Below are positions 8,323-16,523 of a stretch of 32,000 nucleotides of DNA, in pieces. A program made the position numbers and the translations under genes. A model generated the notes under the pieces. It was not told the origin of the DNA. It did no database searches and worked only from the letters and a program-made list of their open reading frames with translations. This DNA is from Sinorhizobium meliloti (GTDB taxonomy: Bacteria > Pseudomonadota > Alphaproteobacteria > Rhizobiales > Rhizobiaceae). The stretch is from the NCBI RefSeq assembly GCF_017876815.1, contig NZ_JAGIOS010000002.1, forward strand, positions 1,140,001 through 1,172,000, given 5' to 3'. Position 1 is the stretch's first letter. Every line of letters begins with the position of its first letter.

Positions 8323-10547
8323 GCGGTTTTCTCCTGGGGAAGGGGCACGGGCGCGCGGGCAACGGCCTGGACGCGGTTTTCGCGCCGAAGCCTGCGTTCG
8401 CCGACGACAAGCTGGAAGCCGGCGATGACCGCTATCATCACCACGATCAGCATGGAGGAATAGGCGATCGCCACGCCGTATTCGCCGTTCTCGACCAGCC
8501 CGACGATATAGGCCGTCGCCATGTTGTACTCGGCGCTGACCAGGAAGATGACGGCGCTGATCGAAGTGATCGCGCGCACGAAGGAATAGACGAGGGCGGC
8601 CGTGATCGCCGGCCGCAGAAGCGGCAGAATGACCTTGCGGATGGTACGGAAGCTGTCGGCCCGGAGCGTCAGAGATGCCTCGTCCAGGCTTCGGTCGAGC
8701 TGGCTCATCGCCGCCACCCCGCCGCGCACGCCGACCGGCATGTTGCGGAAGACGAAACAAGCAACGAGGATCAGCGCGCTGCCGGTGATTTCGAGCGGCG
8801 GCAGGTTGAAGGCCATGATGTAGCTGATGCCGATGACCGTCCCCGGAATGGCGAAGCTCATCATCAGGGCGAACTCGAAGAGTTCGCGGCCGGCGAACCG
8901 CTGACGGACGATCAGATAGGCTGTGAGGAGGCCGACGGCTGCCGTCAGTGGTGCCGATATGAGGGCGATCTCCATCGTCGTCCAGAAGGAGTTCCAGGCA
9001 ACGCCCGTCCAGGCGATGCCGCCGTCGCGTATTTCGACGGAGAAAGCCTTGATGTAATGGGCGAGCGTCAACGAGTTGTCCAGCCCCCAGGTCCTCACGA
9101 AGCCGCCGACGAGGATCATGCCGTAAACGACGAGCGTGAAGAGCGCCCATGGGATCACCAGGGCATGGACCGCGATCGAAACCATGCGGGGCAGCGCGGC
9201 GTGGGCGCCGCTGTCGCCCTTGCCGGTGACCGTCGCAAAGTTCCTTCCCGAAAGCCAAAAGCGCTGCGCCAGAAAGGCCGTGAGCGTGAAACACAGGAGA
9301 ATGATGGCGAGCACGGCGGCCCGGGAGGGGTCGTTCTGCGAGCCGACGACGGCGAAGAAGATTTCCGTCGAAAGCACGCCATGGCTGCCGCCTAGCACCA
9401 GCGGATTTCCGAAATCGGCCATGCTTTCGATGAAGCCGATGAGGAATGCATTGGCGAGACCCGGCTTCATCAGCGGCAGCGAGACGCGCCAGAAGGTGCG
9501 CCAGCGGTCTGCCCTCAGCGTCTGCGAGGCCTCCTCCATCGATGGGCTTACGCCCTCGACGACGCCGATCAGCACAAGGAAGGAGATCGGCGTAAAGGAT
9601 AGGACCTGCGCAATCCAGATGCCGGTGAGGCCGTAGAGCCAGCGGCCGGGCTCGACGCCGGTCAGGGTGGACAGGGCTTCGGTGATGACGCCGGACCGAC
9701 CGAAGAGCAGGGTCAGCGCCAGGCCGACCACGAAGGGAGGCGTGATGATCGGCAGCACCGTCAACAGCCTGAGGCTCCGTTTGTAACGGAAGCCTGTACG
9801 GGTCGCGACCAGTGCGAAGGCAAGGCCGAGGATGGTCGAGCCGCCGGCCGTCATCACCGCCAGCCAGAATGTCCGCCAGGCGATCCCGCAGCGCCCGACG
9901 CCGACGACGCAGTCGAGGCTCCAGATCGACGGATCGACGATATTGCGGGTGAAGCCTTCCGGATTGAAGGAGCCGTCGAAATCCTGGAAGGCGCCGACCA
10001 GCATGCTCCCGACGGGATAGAAGACGAAGACGGCGACGAGAAAGACAAGCAGCGAGATGGCCGACACGACGAAAGCGTCGCCCTTCATCACCCCGCGTTC
10101 GGCAATCCCGAAGGCGAAAATGAGGACGAAGACGAGCGCCGCGAGCACCGCTCCCGCTCCCATGGAGGGCTGGCCCTCCGCAAGCGCGCCGAACAGCGCT
10201 TCGCTGACCGTCCAGTTCCAGCCGGAAAAGCCGATGGCGAGGCCCTGAAGGGCCAGAACGACGATGCCGCCTGCGCCTGTCCAGGCAAGAAAGCTTCCTC
10301 GCCGCGCCGGATCGCCGATGAAGCGGGCAGCGGCGGCGACCATCATGGCCAGCGCCGGGAGCATCAGCCACCATTTGCCAAAGGAAGCGATCTGGACGAG
10401 ACCCGGCGCGGCAACCGGTTCTTCCGGAAAGGCTGAAAGCCAGCCGAAACCGAAGAAACCGCCGTCGATCCTGTACCAGGGAAGGAGCACGAAAGCGGCA
10501 AGCCCGAGAGCCAGCGCGATATCCAGTCTGCGGTTGTGAGTTTTCAT
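8319..10547 (-). CDS. Fused two-module ABC transporter permease (FbpB/AfuB-like)
   Basis: 742 aa and highly hydrophobic, with two BPD_transp_1-like halves. Each half carries an EAA-type loop: EEASQTLRADRWRTFWRVSLPLMKPG and DEASLTLRADSFRTIRKVILPLLRPA. Confidence 0.9.
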   Translation of the reverse strand: MKTHNRRLDIALALGLAAFVLLPWYRIDGGFFGFGWLSAFPEEPVAAPGLVQIASFGKWWLMLPALAMMVAAAARFIGDPARRGSFLAWTGAGGIVVLALQGLAIGFSGWNWTVSEALFGALAEGQPSMGAGAVLAALVFVLIFAFGIAERGVMKGDAFVVSAISLLVFLVAVFVFYPVGSMLVGAFQDFDGSFNPEGFTRNIVDPSIWSLDCVVGVGRCGIAWRTFWLAVMTAGGSTILGLAFALVATRTGFRYKRSLRLLTVLPIITPPFVVGLALTLLFGRSGVITEALSTLTGVEPGRWLYGLTGIWIAQVLSFTPISFLVLIGVVEGVSPSMEEASQTLRADRWRTFWRVSLPLMKPGLANAFLIGFIESMADFGNPLVLGGSHGVLSTEIFFAVVGSQNDPSRAAVLAIILLCFTLTAFLAQRFWLSGRNFATVTGKGDSGAHAALPRMVSIAVHALVIPWALFTLVVYGMILVGGFVRTWGLDNSLTLAHYIKAFSVEIRDGGIAWTGVAWNSFWTTMEIALISAPLTAAVGLLTAYLIVRQRFAGRELFEFALMMSFAIPGTVIGISYIMAFNLPPLEITGSALILVACFVFRNMPVGVRGGVAAMSQLDRSLDEASLTLRADSFRTIRKVILPLLRPAITAALVYSFVRAITSISAVIFLVSAEYNMATAYIVGLVENGEYGVAIAYSSMLIVVMIAVIAGFQLVVGERRLRRENRVQAVARAPVPLPQEKTA

Positions 10548-10662
10548 GGATAGGCTTGTCCGTGCCGCCGTGTCACGATGAATCGTTCCGAATACAAGCC
10601 AGATCGCTGCCGTTGGATAAGAGCGCGATGCGACCGGAGCAGCTCACCTCGCCGAGATTGTC

Positions 10663-10698
10663 GGAGTCGAGCCGGCGGTTTCCCGACGGCTCGACTCC
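10663..10698 (-). repeat. Perfect 12-bp inverted repeat (stem-loop) between the SBP and permease genes
   Basis: GGAGTCGAGCCG, a 12-nt loop, then CGGCTCGACTCC. It lies 22 nt downstream of the SBP stop. There is no U-tract on the transcribed (minus) strand. Confidence 0.55.
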
Positions 10699-10719
10699 TT
10701 TGAAAGGCGCGTTGCGCGA

Positions 10720-11748
10720 TCAGTTCGCGGCTGCGCCGATCTCCCGGTCCCAGCGCTCCAGGAGCTCTTTGCGCTTGGCCGGATCGCCGTAAGTCTTGAA
10801 GTCGTAATCGATCAGCTTGATGTCCTCGAACTTCGGCGCCTCTTCCGGCACCTTGGCCGTCTTGTTGGAGGGAAGCTGGAACGATTTCGCCTCCTTCATA
10901 CTGGACTGCACGTCGGCGGAGAGCGCCCAGTCATACCATTTCTTGGCATTGTCGAGGTTCTTTGTGCCTTTGATGATCGACATCGAGCCGATTTCGTAGC
11001 CGGTGCCTTCGCAGGGCGCCACGGACTTCACCGGGAAGCCTTCCACCGTCTGCGCGACCGCATCGTGCATGAACACGATGCCGATTGCGGTTTCCCCCCG
11101 CGCCGCGGCCTTCACCGGTGCGGAGCCGGACTTCGTGTATTGCGACACGTTTGCGTTCAGCTTCTTCAGATAGTCGAAAGCCTCGTCCTCGCCCATGATC
11201 TGAACGAGCGTTGCGAGCGCCGTATAGGCGGTGCCGGAAGAATTTGGATTGGCAATCTGAACTTCACCCTTGAAGGACGGGTCGAGCAGGTCCGCCCAGC
11301 ACTTCGGCTCCTTCAGGTTCTTCTGCTTGAAGATCTCTGTGTTGTAGCCCCAGCCGAGCGCGCCGGCATAGACGCCGACCGTCCGATAGCCGGCGCTCTC
11401 GGCCTGCTTGACGGCCCATTCATGCAGCTCACCGAGCATCGGCGACTTGTATTCGAGCGTCAGTCCCTCGGAGGCGGCCTGCAGATGCGGGTCGCCGGTG
11501 CCCGCCCACCAGATGTCCGTCTTGGGGTTGCGCGCCTCGGCCCGGATCTTCGCGTAGGTTTCGCCCGAAGACAGGCGAACCATGTTGACGGAGATGTCGG
11601 TCTTCTTTTCGAAAGCGCCCTTCATCTGCTCGCAGATCACCACGTCGGCCGAGCAGATCAGATTGAGATTTCCATCGGCTCGCGCGGAAAAGGCAAAGAA
11701 CGTCGCGCCCGCGGCGAGCGCTGCCGCGGCCAGTTTAACCAAACCCAT
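10720..11748 (-). CDS. ABC transporter periplasmic substrate-binding protein, AfuA/FbpA (COG1840) family
   Basis: Start chosen at MGLVKLAAAALAAGATFFAFSARA (signal peptide), with GGAGGA SD 5 nt upstream. The 388-aa track ORF extends upstream without an SD. Confidence 0.9.
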   Translation of the reverse strand: MGLVKLAAAALAAGATFFAFSARADGNLNLICSADVVICEQMKGAFEKKTDISVNMVRLSSGETYAKIRAEARNPKTDIWWAGTGDPHLQAASEGLTLEYKSPMLGELHEWAVKQAESAGYRTVGVYAGALGWGYNTEIFKQKNLKEPKCWADLLDPSFKGEVQIANPNSSGTAYTALATLVQIMGEDEAFDYLKKLNANVSQYTKSGSAPVKAAARGETAIGIVFMHDAVAQTVEGFPVKSVAPCEGTGYEIGSMSIIKGTKNLDNAKKWYDWALSADVQSSMKEAKSFQLPSNKTAKVPEEAPKFEDIKLIDYDFKTYGDPAKRKELLERWDREIGAAAN

Positions 11749-11791
11749 CGGTTCCTCCCAGATTGTGCCGGCGCCTCCGTGCCGGACGCTT

Positions 11792-11809
11792 TTTGCAAGC
11801 GCGTGCAAA
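11792..11809. promoter_or_regulatory. Candidate LacI-family operator, TTTGCAAGC|GCGTGCAAA (8/9 symmetric)
   Basis: Near-perfect palindrome with a central CG-rich core, in the divergent SBP/LacI intergenic region. Confidence 0.4.
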
Positions 11810-11870
11810 TGCTGCACGAGGATACGGGGAGTGTCAATAAGATTGTTCGATATTGCACGATATGACTGCG

Positions 11871-11908
11871 TTGCACGCATTTGCAAAATAGTGCAATTCT
11901 GCGTGCAA
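11871..11908. promoter_or_regulatory. Candidate operator pair: TTGCACGCA-N20-TGCGTGCAA, with a nested TTGCA-N6-TGCAA
   Basis: Perfect 9-nt inverted repeat (11871-11879 and 11900-11908). It uses the same half-site as 11792-11809 and lies 19 nt upstream of the LacI start. Confidence 0.4.
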
Positions 11909-11926
11909 GGTCGAGGAGAGATCGTG

Positions 11927-12931
11927 ATGCCGCAGAAGCCGTTTGTCAGCGCCCAGGAAGTCGCAGAGCGGGCGGGAGTCTCACGTTCAGCCGTCTCCCG
12001 TACCTTTACGCCCGGCGCGAGCGTCTCGCCCGAAACACGGCGGAGGGTGGTAGAGGCGGCGGAAGCGCTCGGCTATCACGTCAACCATCTCGCGCGCGGA
12101 CTGATGCGCAACGAGAGTGGCATCGTCTGCCTTATCGTATCGGAGATGAGCACGCCCTACCGTGCCAACCTGATCCGGGCGATGACGCAGCAATTGCAGA
12201 ACGCCGGCAAGGTCGCCATGCTGATCAACACGGACCGCTCGGACGACAGCGTGGATCTCGCATTGCGGCAGGCGATCCGGTACCGCGCCGATGCATCGAT
12301 CATCCTGTCCGGCATGCCCGACCGGTCGATTACCCAGCTCTGCCTCAAGAACGGCCAGCGCCTCGTCCTCATCAACCGCGACGACGACCAGCAGGGCCCG
12401 CTTCGCATCAATCTCGATGACGCGGAGGCGGCGGGGCGGGTGGTCACCGCTTTCGTGCGCGCCGGCTGCCGGCGTCTTGCCTTCGCGAATTCGCAAGCCG
12501 GCACCCCGAGCCTGATGGCGCGCGAACACGGCTTCGTGGCGACGGCAAGAGCAATGGGCCTCCCGGTTCTTGTCGAGCGTCACGGGCCGACAAATTACGA
12601 AAGCGGCCGCGTTCTGGCGCAGCGGCTGCTGACGCTCGGCGAGCGCCCCGATGCGGTCTTCTGTGCCACTGATCTCCTTGCCTGCGGCTTCATGGATGCC
12701 GCGCGCCACCAGTTCCGGGTCTCCATTCCCGATGTGCTCTGTGTCGCGGGTTTCGACGACATTGAACAGGCGGCCTGGTCCTCCTATGACCTGACCACTT
12801 TCGCCCAACCCGTCGATAGGATAGCCCAGGAGGCGGTGGCTTGGCTCGTCAATGAGAGGCAGGAACCGGTCGACCATTCGGTACGCTTCCAGCCTGATCT
12901 CGTTTGGCGCTCATCCATCCGGGGAGGGTAG
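11927..12931 (+). CDS. LacI family transcriptional regulator
   Basis: AGGAGAG SD then ATG 11927. HTH: VSAQEVAERAGVSRSAVSRTF...ETRRRVVEAAEALGYHVNHLARGL, followed by a periplasmic-binding-protein-like fold. The track ORF start at 11582 is an upstream extension. Confidence 0.92.
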   Translation: MPQKPFVSAQEVAERAGVSRSAVSRTFTPGASVSPETRRRVVEAAEALGYHVNHLARGLMRNESGIVCLIVSEMSTPYRANLIRAMTQQLQNAGKVAMLINTDRSDDSVDLALRQAIRYRADASIILSGMPDRSITQLCLKNGQRLVLINRDDDQQGPLRINLDDAEAAGRVVTAFVRAGCRRLAFANSQAGTPSLMAREHGFVATARAMGLPVLVERHGPTNYESGRVLAQRLLTLGERPDAVFCATDLLACGFMDAARHQFRVSIPDVLCVAGFDDIEQAAWSSYDLTTFAQPVDRIAQEAVAWLVNERQEPVDHSVRFQPDLVWRSSIRGG

Positions 12932-12954
12932 CTACGGTTCGACTCAGCGCAGAT

Positions 12955-12985
12955 GGTATTCGCGAGCCGATTTAATGCGAATACC
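12955..12985 (+). terminator. Hairpin after LacI gene (9-bp stem GGTATTCGC/GCGAATACC, 13-nt loop)
   Basis: Perfect inverted repeat 24 nt after the LacI stop, followed by CCCAATTTGTT. The T-tract is weak. Confidence 0.4.
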
Positions 12986-13136
12986 CCCAATTTGTTACTG
13001 GTTATAGTAATACGTTTGTGTAATATCCCACTTGCACCGACACATCTTCTTGCATCGCTATGGCTTGTAATGGGCTGTGCTGGAGAACGTATTGCCGTGT
13101 CCGTGCTCTCTTATTGAGCTGGTGGGAACTGAATGG

Positions 13137-13165
13137 GGCCCTGACCGATACCGGTCGGGGCCTTT
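13137..13165 (+). terminator. Orphan Rho-independent-like terminator (11-bp stem, ATAC loop, TTT)
   Basis: GGCCCTGACCG-ATAC-CGGTCGGGGCC with one G-U pair, followed by TTTCG on the plus strand only. It lies about 205 nt downstream of the nearest plus-strand CDS. Confidence 0.5.
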
Positions 13166-13426
13166 CGCTCGGGTAGGCTCGGATTTCGCCAGGCGTCGAG
13201 CTTCGAATTGCGTGCGGTGCCCCAGCCCCGGCGAGGCCAGTCGCTGAAGCGCCAGGCCTCTGACCGTCTTCCCCCGTTCGAGACGGCTGACGAAGGACTA
13301 GCACGCATAATGCTTCGGCTCCACTGACCTATCAGGGCTACCACCGGTGAATATCGGGGATATCTGAGCAATTCCAAAGAAAAGTGCGCAGCGGTTTTCC
13401 GCCCGGAGGTGTGCAGCTTCAGGGAG

Positions 13427-14119
13427 CTAGACGGAAGCTTCCAGAAATGCGCGCGAAAAACCCGGTTCCGTTACCTCGATCGTCCCTTCAGGGATCTTCA
13501 GCAATCTCTCGACAGCCATCCCGTAGGTGCGCATCCAGCCATCCAGCGTCCGCGCCGCGCCGTCCAGGTCCCCGGCTTCGGTCTGCTGCAGAGCCCGATG
13601 CATCGTCTTGGCGACGCCAAGCCGCAAGTACAACAGCATCGGCGCGAGGGCTTCAGGATCGGGCGCGTCGAGGCTCCCCTCCTTGTGACCGCGCCTCAGA
13701 AGTTCGGTTAGAAAGGGAAGTGTCACCGCGCTGACCGCTGCGTCGATGCGATGATAGAGGACGATGTTCTCCGGCTTGAAAAGTGCGTTGAATGTATTCT
13801 TCAACTGTGGCGCCATTTCCACTTTCAGGCGCCGCGAACCCGCGAAAAGGGCATTCAGCTGGCCGACGGCATCGAGGGAGGGATCCTCGAATACCGTTTG
13901 CAATTCCTTTAGGCTGTGGCGTGCCATGCGTGCGGCGACTGCCTCCAGCAGTGCCTCCTTCGAAACGAAGTAGTGATAGAACGCCCCCTTGGAAACATTC
14001 GCCTCCCGGATCACGTCGTTGACAGTCGTGTTTTCGTATCCCTGCTCGAAGAAGAGGCGTTCAGCGCAACCGATGAGCTCATTCGTTCTGACGTCAGGTG
14101 ATTTCTTCACTCGTGGCAT
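13427..14119 (-). CDS. TetR/AcrR family transcriptional regulator
   Basis: N-terminal HTH: LIGCAERLFFEQGYENTTVNDVIREANVSKGAFYHYFVSKEALL. It is divergent from the efflux operon. Confidence 0.92.
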   Translation of the reverse strand: MPRVKKSPDVRTNELIGCAERLFFEQGYENTTVNDVIREANVSKGAFYHYFVSKEALLEAVAARMARHSLKELQTVFEDPSLDAVGQLNALFAGSRRLKVEMAPQLKNTFNALFKPENIVLYHRIDAAVSAVTLPFLTELLRRGHKEGSLDAPDPEALAPMLLYLRLGVAKTMHRALQQTEAGDLDGAARTLDGWMRTYGMAVERLLKIPEGTIEVTEPGFSRAFLEASV

Positions 14120-14190
14120 CGATTTGTCCTGAACCGGAGAAATACGTTCTACACGTGTTGGCAGGCTGCGCGAAGTCCTGCTCGCAATTA

Positions 14191-14209
14191 TAGACCGACG
14201 GTCGGTCTA
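14191..14209. promoter_or_regulatory. Perfect 9-1-9 palindrome TAGACCGAC-G-GTCGGTCTA; probable TetR operator
   Basis: Seen directly. It is centred in the 134-bp divergent region between the TetR gene and the efflux operon. Confidence 0.6.
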
Positions 14210-14253
14210 ATGCTAACATAACAATTGATGCGGGTGAATTTCAGGAGTAGTTC

Positions 14254-15276
14254 GTGCGGCTGATGCAGCAGATGAGGCGCTACGCGGCAGGTATTGCGAT
14301 AGCCGCCGCAGTCGGTGCGGTTGCCTTCTGGTATGCGACCCGGGCGGTGCCCGTTTCGATCGTGACGCCGAAGCGCGGCGATGCGGCGGAGATCGTCTAT
14401 GCCAGCGGGGTCGTGGAGCCGCGCGTCTGGGCAAAGGTCACTTCGACAGTGCGCGAGCGGATCGTCGAGCAGTGTAACTGCGAGGGCGAACGAGTGGAAA
14501 AGGGTGCCGTGCTCGCGCGCCTGGACGATACGGAGGCGCGGGCGATTCTGAGCGAGCTGCAGGCGCGCCTGTCGCTTGCCCAGGAAGAATACCGCCGCAA
14601 GCTCGCCTTGGCAGAAAGAAACACGATAAGCGAGCAGACCGTGGACAGGGCACGCACCGACGTCGCTCAATTGGAGGCGTTGATCGCGGGACAAGAGGCG
14701 CGGCTTGCCGCCTACGTGCTGCGTGCGCCCAGTGACGGGCGGGTGCTTCGGCAAGACGGTGAGATCGGCGAGGTCGCCGAGCCTGGGACAGTTCTCTTCT
14801 GGGTCGGAGAGCCGCGACCGCTGATCGTGGAGGCCGAGGTGAACGAGGAGGACATTCCGCGGGTCGAAGTCGGCCAAAATGCCTATCTTCGGTCGGATGC
14901 CTTTCCAGAGCGCGCGCTCGAGGCGGTTGTCGACAGCATTACGCCGAAAGGCGATCCTGTTACGAAGACTTACCGCGTCCGCCTTCGCCTGCCTGAGGAC
15001 ACGCCGCTCAGAATCGGCATGTCGACCGACGTAAACGTGGTGGTTCGCCTGTCGCGCAATGCTCTGGTCATCCCCGCGGCAGCGGTCAGTGGGACCAGAG
15101 TCGCGGTGGTTGAAGGGGGAACGGCGAAACTGCGCGAGATCGAAACCGGCATCCGTGGCACGGACGGTGTAGAGGTCCTTTCCGGCCTTGAAGAAACCGC
15201 ACGCATAATCTCGCCCTTATCCCCCGATTTTGCCGACGGGACTCGGGTGGATGTGGTGCAAACAGCGACGAATTGA
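14254..15276 (+). CDS. Efflux transporter periplasmic adaptor subunit (HlyD/MFP family)
   Basis: AGGAG lies 6 nt upstream of GTG 14254, and an in-frame ATG at 14263 is an alternative. The product has an N-terminal TM, a coiled-coil hairpin (LSELQARLSLAQEEYRR...) and a beta-barrel-type C-terminus. Confidence 0.9.
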   Translation: MRLMQQMRRYAAGIAIAAAVGAVAFWYATRAVPVSIVTPKRGDAAEIVYASGVVEPRVWAKVTSTVRERIVEQCNCEGERVEKGAVLARLDDTEARAILSELQARLSLAQEEYRRKLALAERNTISEQTVDRARTDVAQLEALIAGQEARLAAYVLRAPSDGRVLRQDGEIGEVAEPGTVLFWVGEPRPLIVEAEVNEEDIPRVEVGQNAYLRSDAFPERALEAVVDSITPKGDPVTKTYRVRLRLPEDTPLRIGMSTDVNVVVRLSRNALVIPAAAVSGTRVAVVEGGTAKLREIETGIRGTDGVEVLSGLEETARIISPLSPDFADGTRVDVVQTATN

Positions 15277-15281
15277 ACGCC

Positions 15282-16523
15282 ATGCGCCTGATCTTCGACA
15301 TCGCCTTGACGCACGTCGCCGGCCGCGGCCGCCAGACGCTCGTTGCGGTTATCGGTGTCGCTGTCGGCGTCGGCTTCTCGATCGCCATGGCGGCGCTGAT
15401 GCAGGGCGGGCAGGACGATTTCGTTCGCCAGCTCGTCGACACGATGCCGCATGTCGATGTGACCGATGAGCAGCGCTCGGCGCGGCGGCAGCCGGCGGAA
15501 GACCTCTTCGAAGCCGTCGCCATATCCGGGCTGAGGCCGAGGGACGACCGGCGCGGCATCATCAATCCGACGAAAGCGGCATCCTGGCTCGAAGAATGGA
15601 TGCCCGGGCGGCTGGCCGCCGTCCTGAACGTGCAGGGCGTGATCCGCTACTCCGGCCGCGAAGTCGGCGCCGTGGTGATCGGCATCGAGCCGGAGAAGGA
15701 GGTGAAGGTCTCGCCCATCGTCGAGGATTTCGAGTCCGGCAGCTTCGCCGCGCTTGCGGCCGGCGGCAACAACGTCGTCATCGGCGATACGATGGCCTCG
15801 AGGTTGGGTGCCGGTCTCGGCGACACGATTACCGCCGTGTCGTCGGAAGGCCTTGCCCGCAACTTCAAGATCGTCGGCCTGTTTCATACCGGCACCACGG
15901 CGCGCGACGAAGGCGAGGCTTATGTTCTGCTGAAGAACGCCCAGATCCTGTCCAACCGACCGAATGCAATCAACGAGATCCGCATCAAGCTCGACGATCC
16001 GAACGCCGCGCCCACCATCGCGCGCCGAGTGGAGGCCGAACTCGGCTACAAGACGGTCGCATGGCAGGAGGCGAACGAGTCCATTCTCGAAGCGCTCGTC
16101 GTGCGCAACGTCATCATGTACACGGTCGTCGCCGCGATCATGCTGGTGGCGGGTTTCGGCATTTTCAACATCGTGTCCACCATCACGCACGAGAAGGCGC
16201 GCGACATCGCCATCATGAAGTCGCTCGGCTTTTCGCAAGCCGACATGCGCCGTCTGTTCGTGATGGAGGGGCTGGCGATCGGCATCGCGGGTTCACTTCT
16301 CGGCTGGGCGCTCGGTTTTGCGATCACCTACGCGCTTTCCCGGGTGCGGTTCGAAATTGCGGCAACCGGCCAGGAAATGACCAGGCTGCCGATCGCGTGG
16401 AGCATTCTTCACTACGCCGTAGCGACAGCCTTCGCCCTGTCCTCGGCAGCGGTCGCCGGCTACCTCCCCGCCCGCCGCGCAGCACGCGTCAATCCGGTGG
16501 ACATCATAAGGGGCGCGACATGA
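15282..16523 (+). CDS. ABC transporter permease, FtsX/MacB-periplasmic-core (LolC/E, DevC-like) family
   Basis: N-terminal TM, a periplasmic domain of about 220 aa, then 3 C-terminal TMs containing the EKARDIAIMKSLGF motif. A TTG at 15273 is an alternative start. Confidence 0.9.
   Translation: MRLIFDIALTHVAGRGRQTLVAVIGVAVGVGFSIAMAALMQGGQDDFVRQLVDTMPHVDVTDEQRSARRQPAEDLFEAVAISGLRPRDDRRGIINPTKAASWLEEWMPGRLAAVLNVQGVIRYSGREVGAVVIGIEPEKEVKVSPIVEDFESGSFAALAAGGNNVVIGDTMASRLGAGLGDTITAVSSEGLARNFKIVGLFHTGTTARDEGEAYVLLKNAQILSNRPNAINEIRIKLDDPNAAPTIARRVEAELGYKTVAWQEANESILEALVVRNVIMYTVVAAIMLVAGFGIFNIVSTITHEKARDIAIMKSLGFSQADMRRLFVMEGLAIGIAGSLLGWALGFAITYALSRVRFEIAATGQEMTRLPIAWSILHYAVATAFALSSAAVAGYLPARRAARVNPVDIIRGAT

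Noticed and set aside
7261-10374. A 1037-aa minus-strand ORF that would imply a giant ATPase fusion.
   Set aside because: Only the last 353 aa (from MTVVAPGS at 8322) look like an ABC ATPase. The upstream part is an open alternative frame running through the permease gene. The ATGA overlap at 8319-8322 gives a clean start. The same artefact occurs at 15596-17200 (real start 16520), 17245-18459 (real start 17691), 10720-11886 and 11582-12931.
7261-11748. Labelling the AfuABC/FbpABC-type importer as a ferric-iron transporter.
   Set aside because: Family membership alone does not fix the substrate. The SBP lacks a Tyr-Tyr dyad, and the operon carries an IMPase-family phosphatase with a LacI regulator, so I did not assign an iron function or fbp/afu gene symbols.
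12932-12950. A GGTTCGACTC string resembling a tRNA T-loop, which would suggest a tRNA fragment or att site after LacI.
   Set aside because: The flanking bases cannot form a T-stem or an acceptor stem, and there is no integrase or direct repeat nearby.
13002-13377. Minus-strand ORFs of 100 aa and 88 aa, and tiny plus-strand ORFs (for example MACNGLCWRTYCRVRALLL at 13060), in the large intergenic gap.
   Set aside because: They have low GC3 and many rare codons for this genome (AGA, ATA, CGA, GTA). They have no SD and no recognisable motif or hydrophobic pattern. I treat them as non-coding until shown otherwise.
14151-14158. An ACACGTGT palindrome in the TetR/efflux intergenic region, as a second operator.
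   Set aside because: It is only 8 bp, a length that occurs by chance. The 19-bp perfect palindrome at 14191-14209 is the far better operator candidate.
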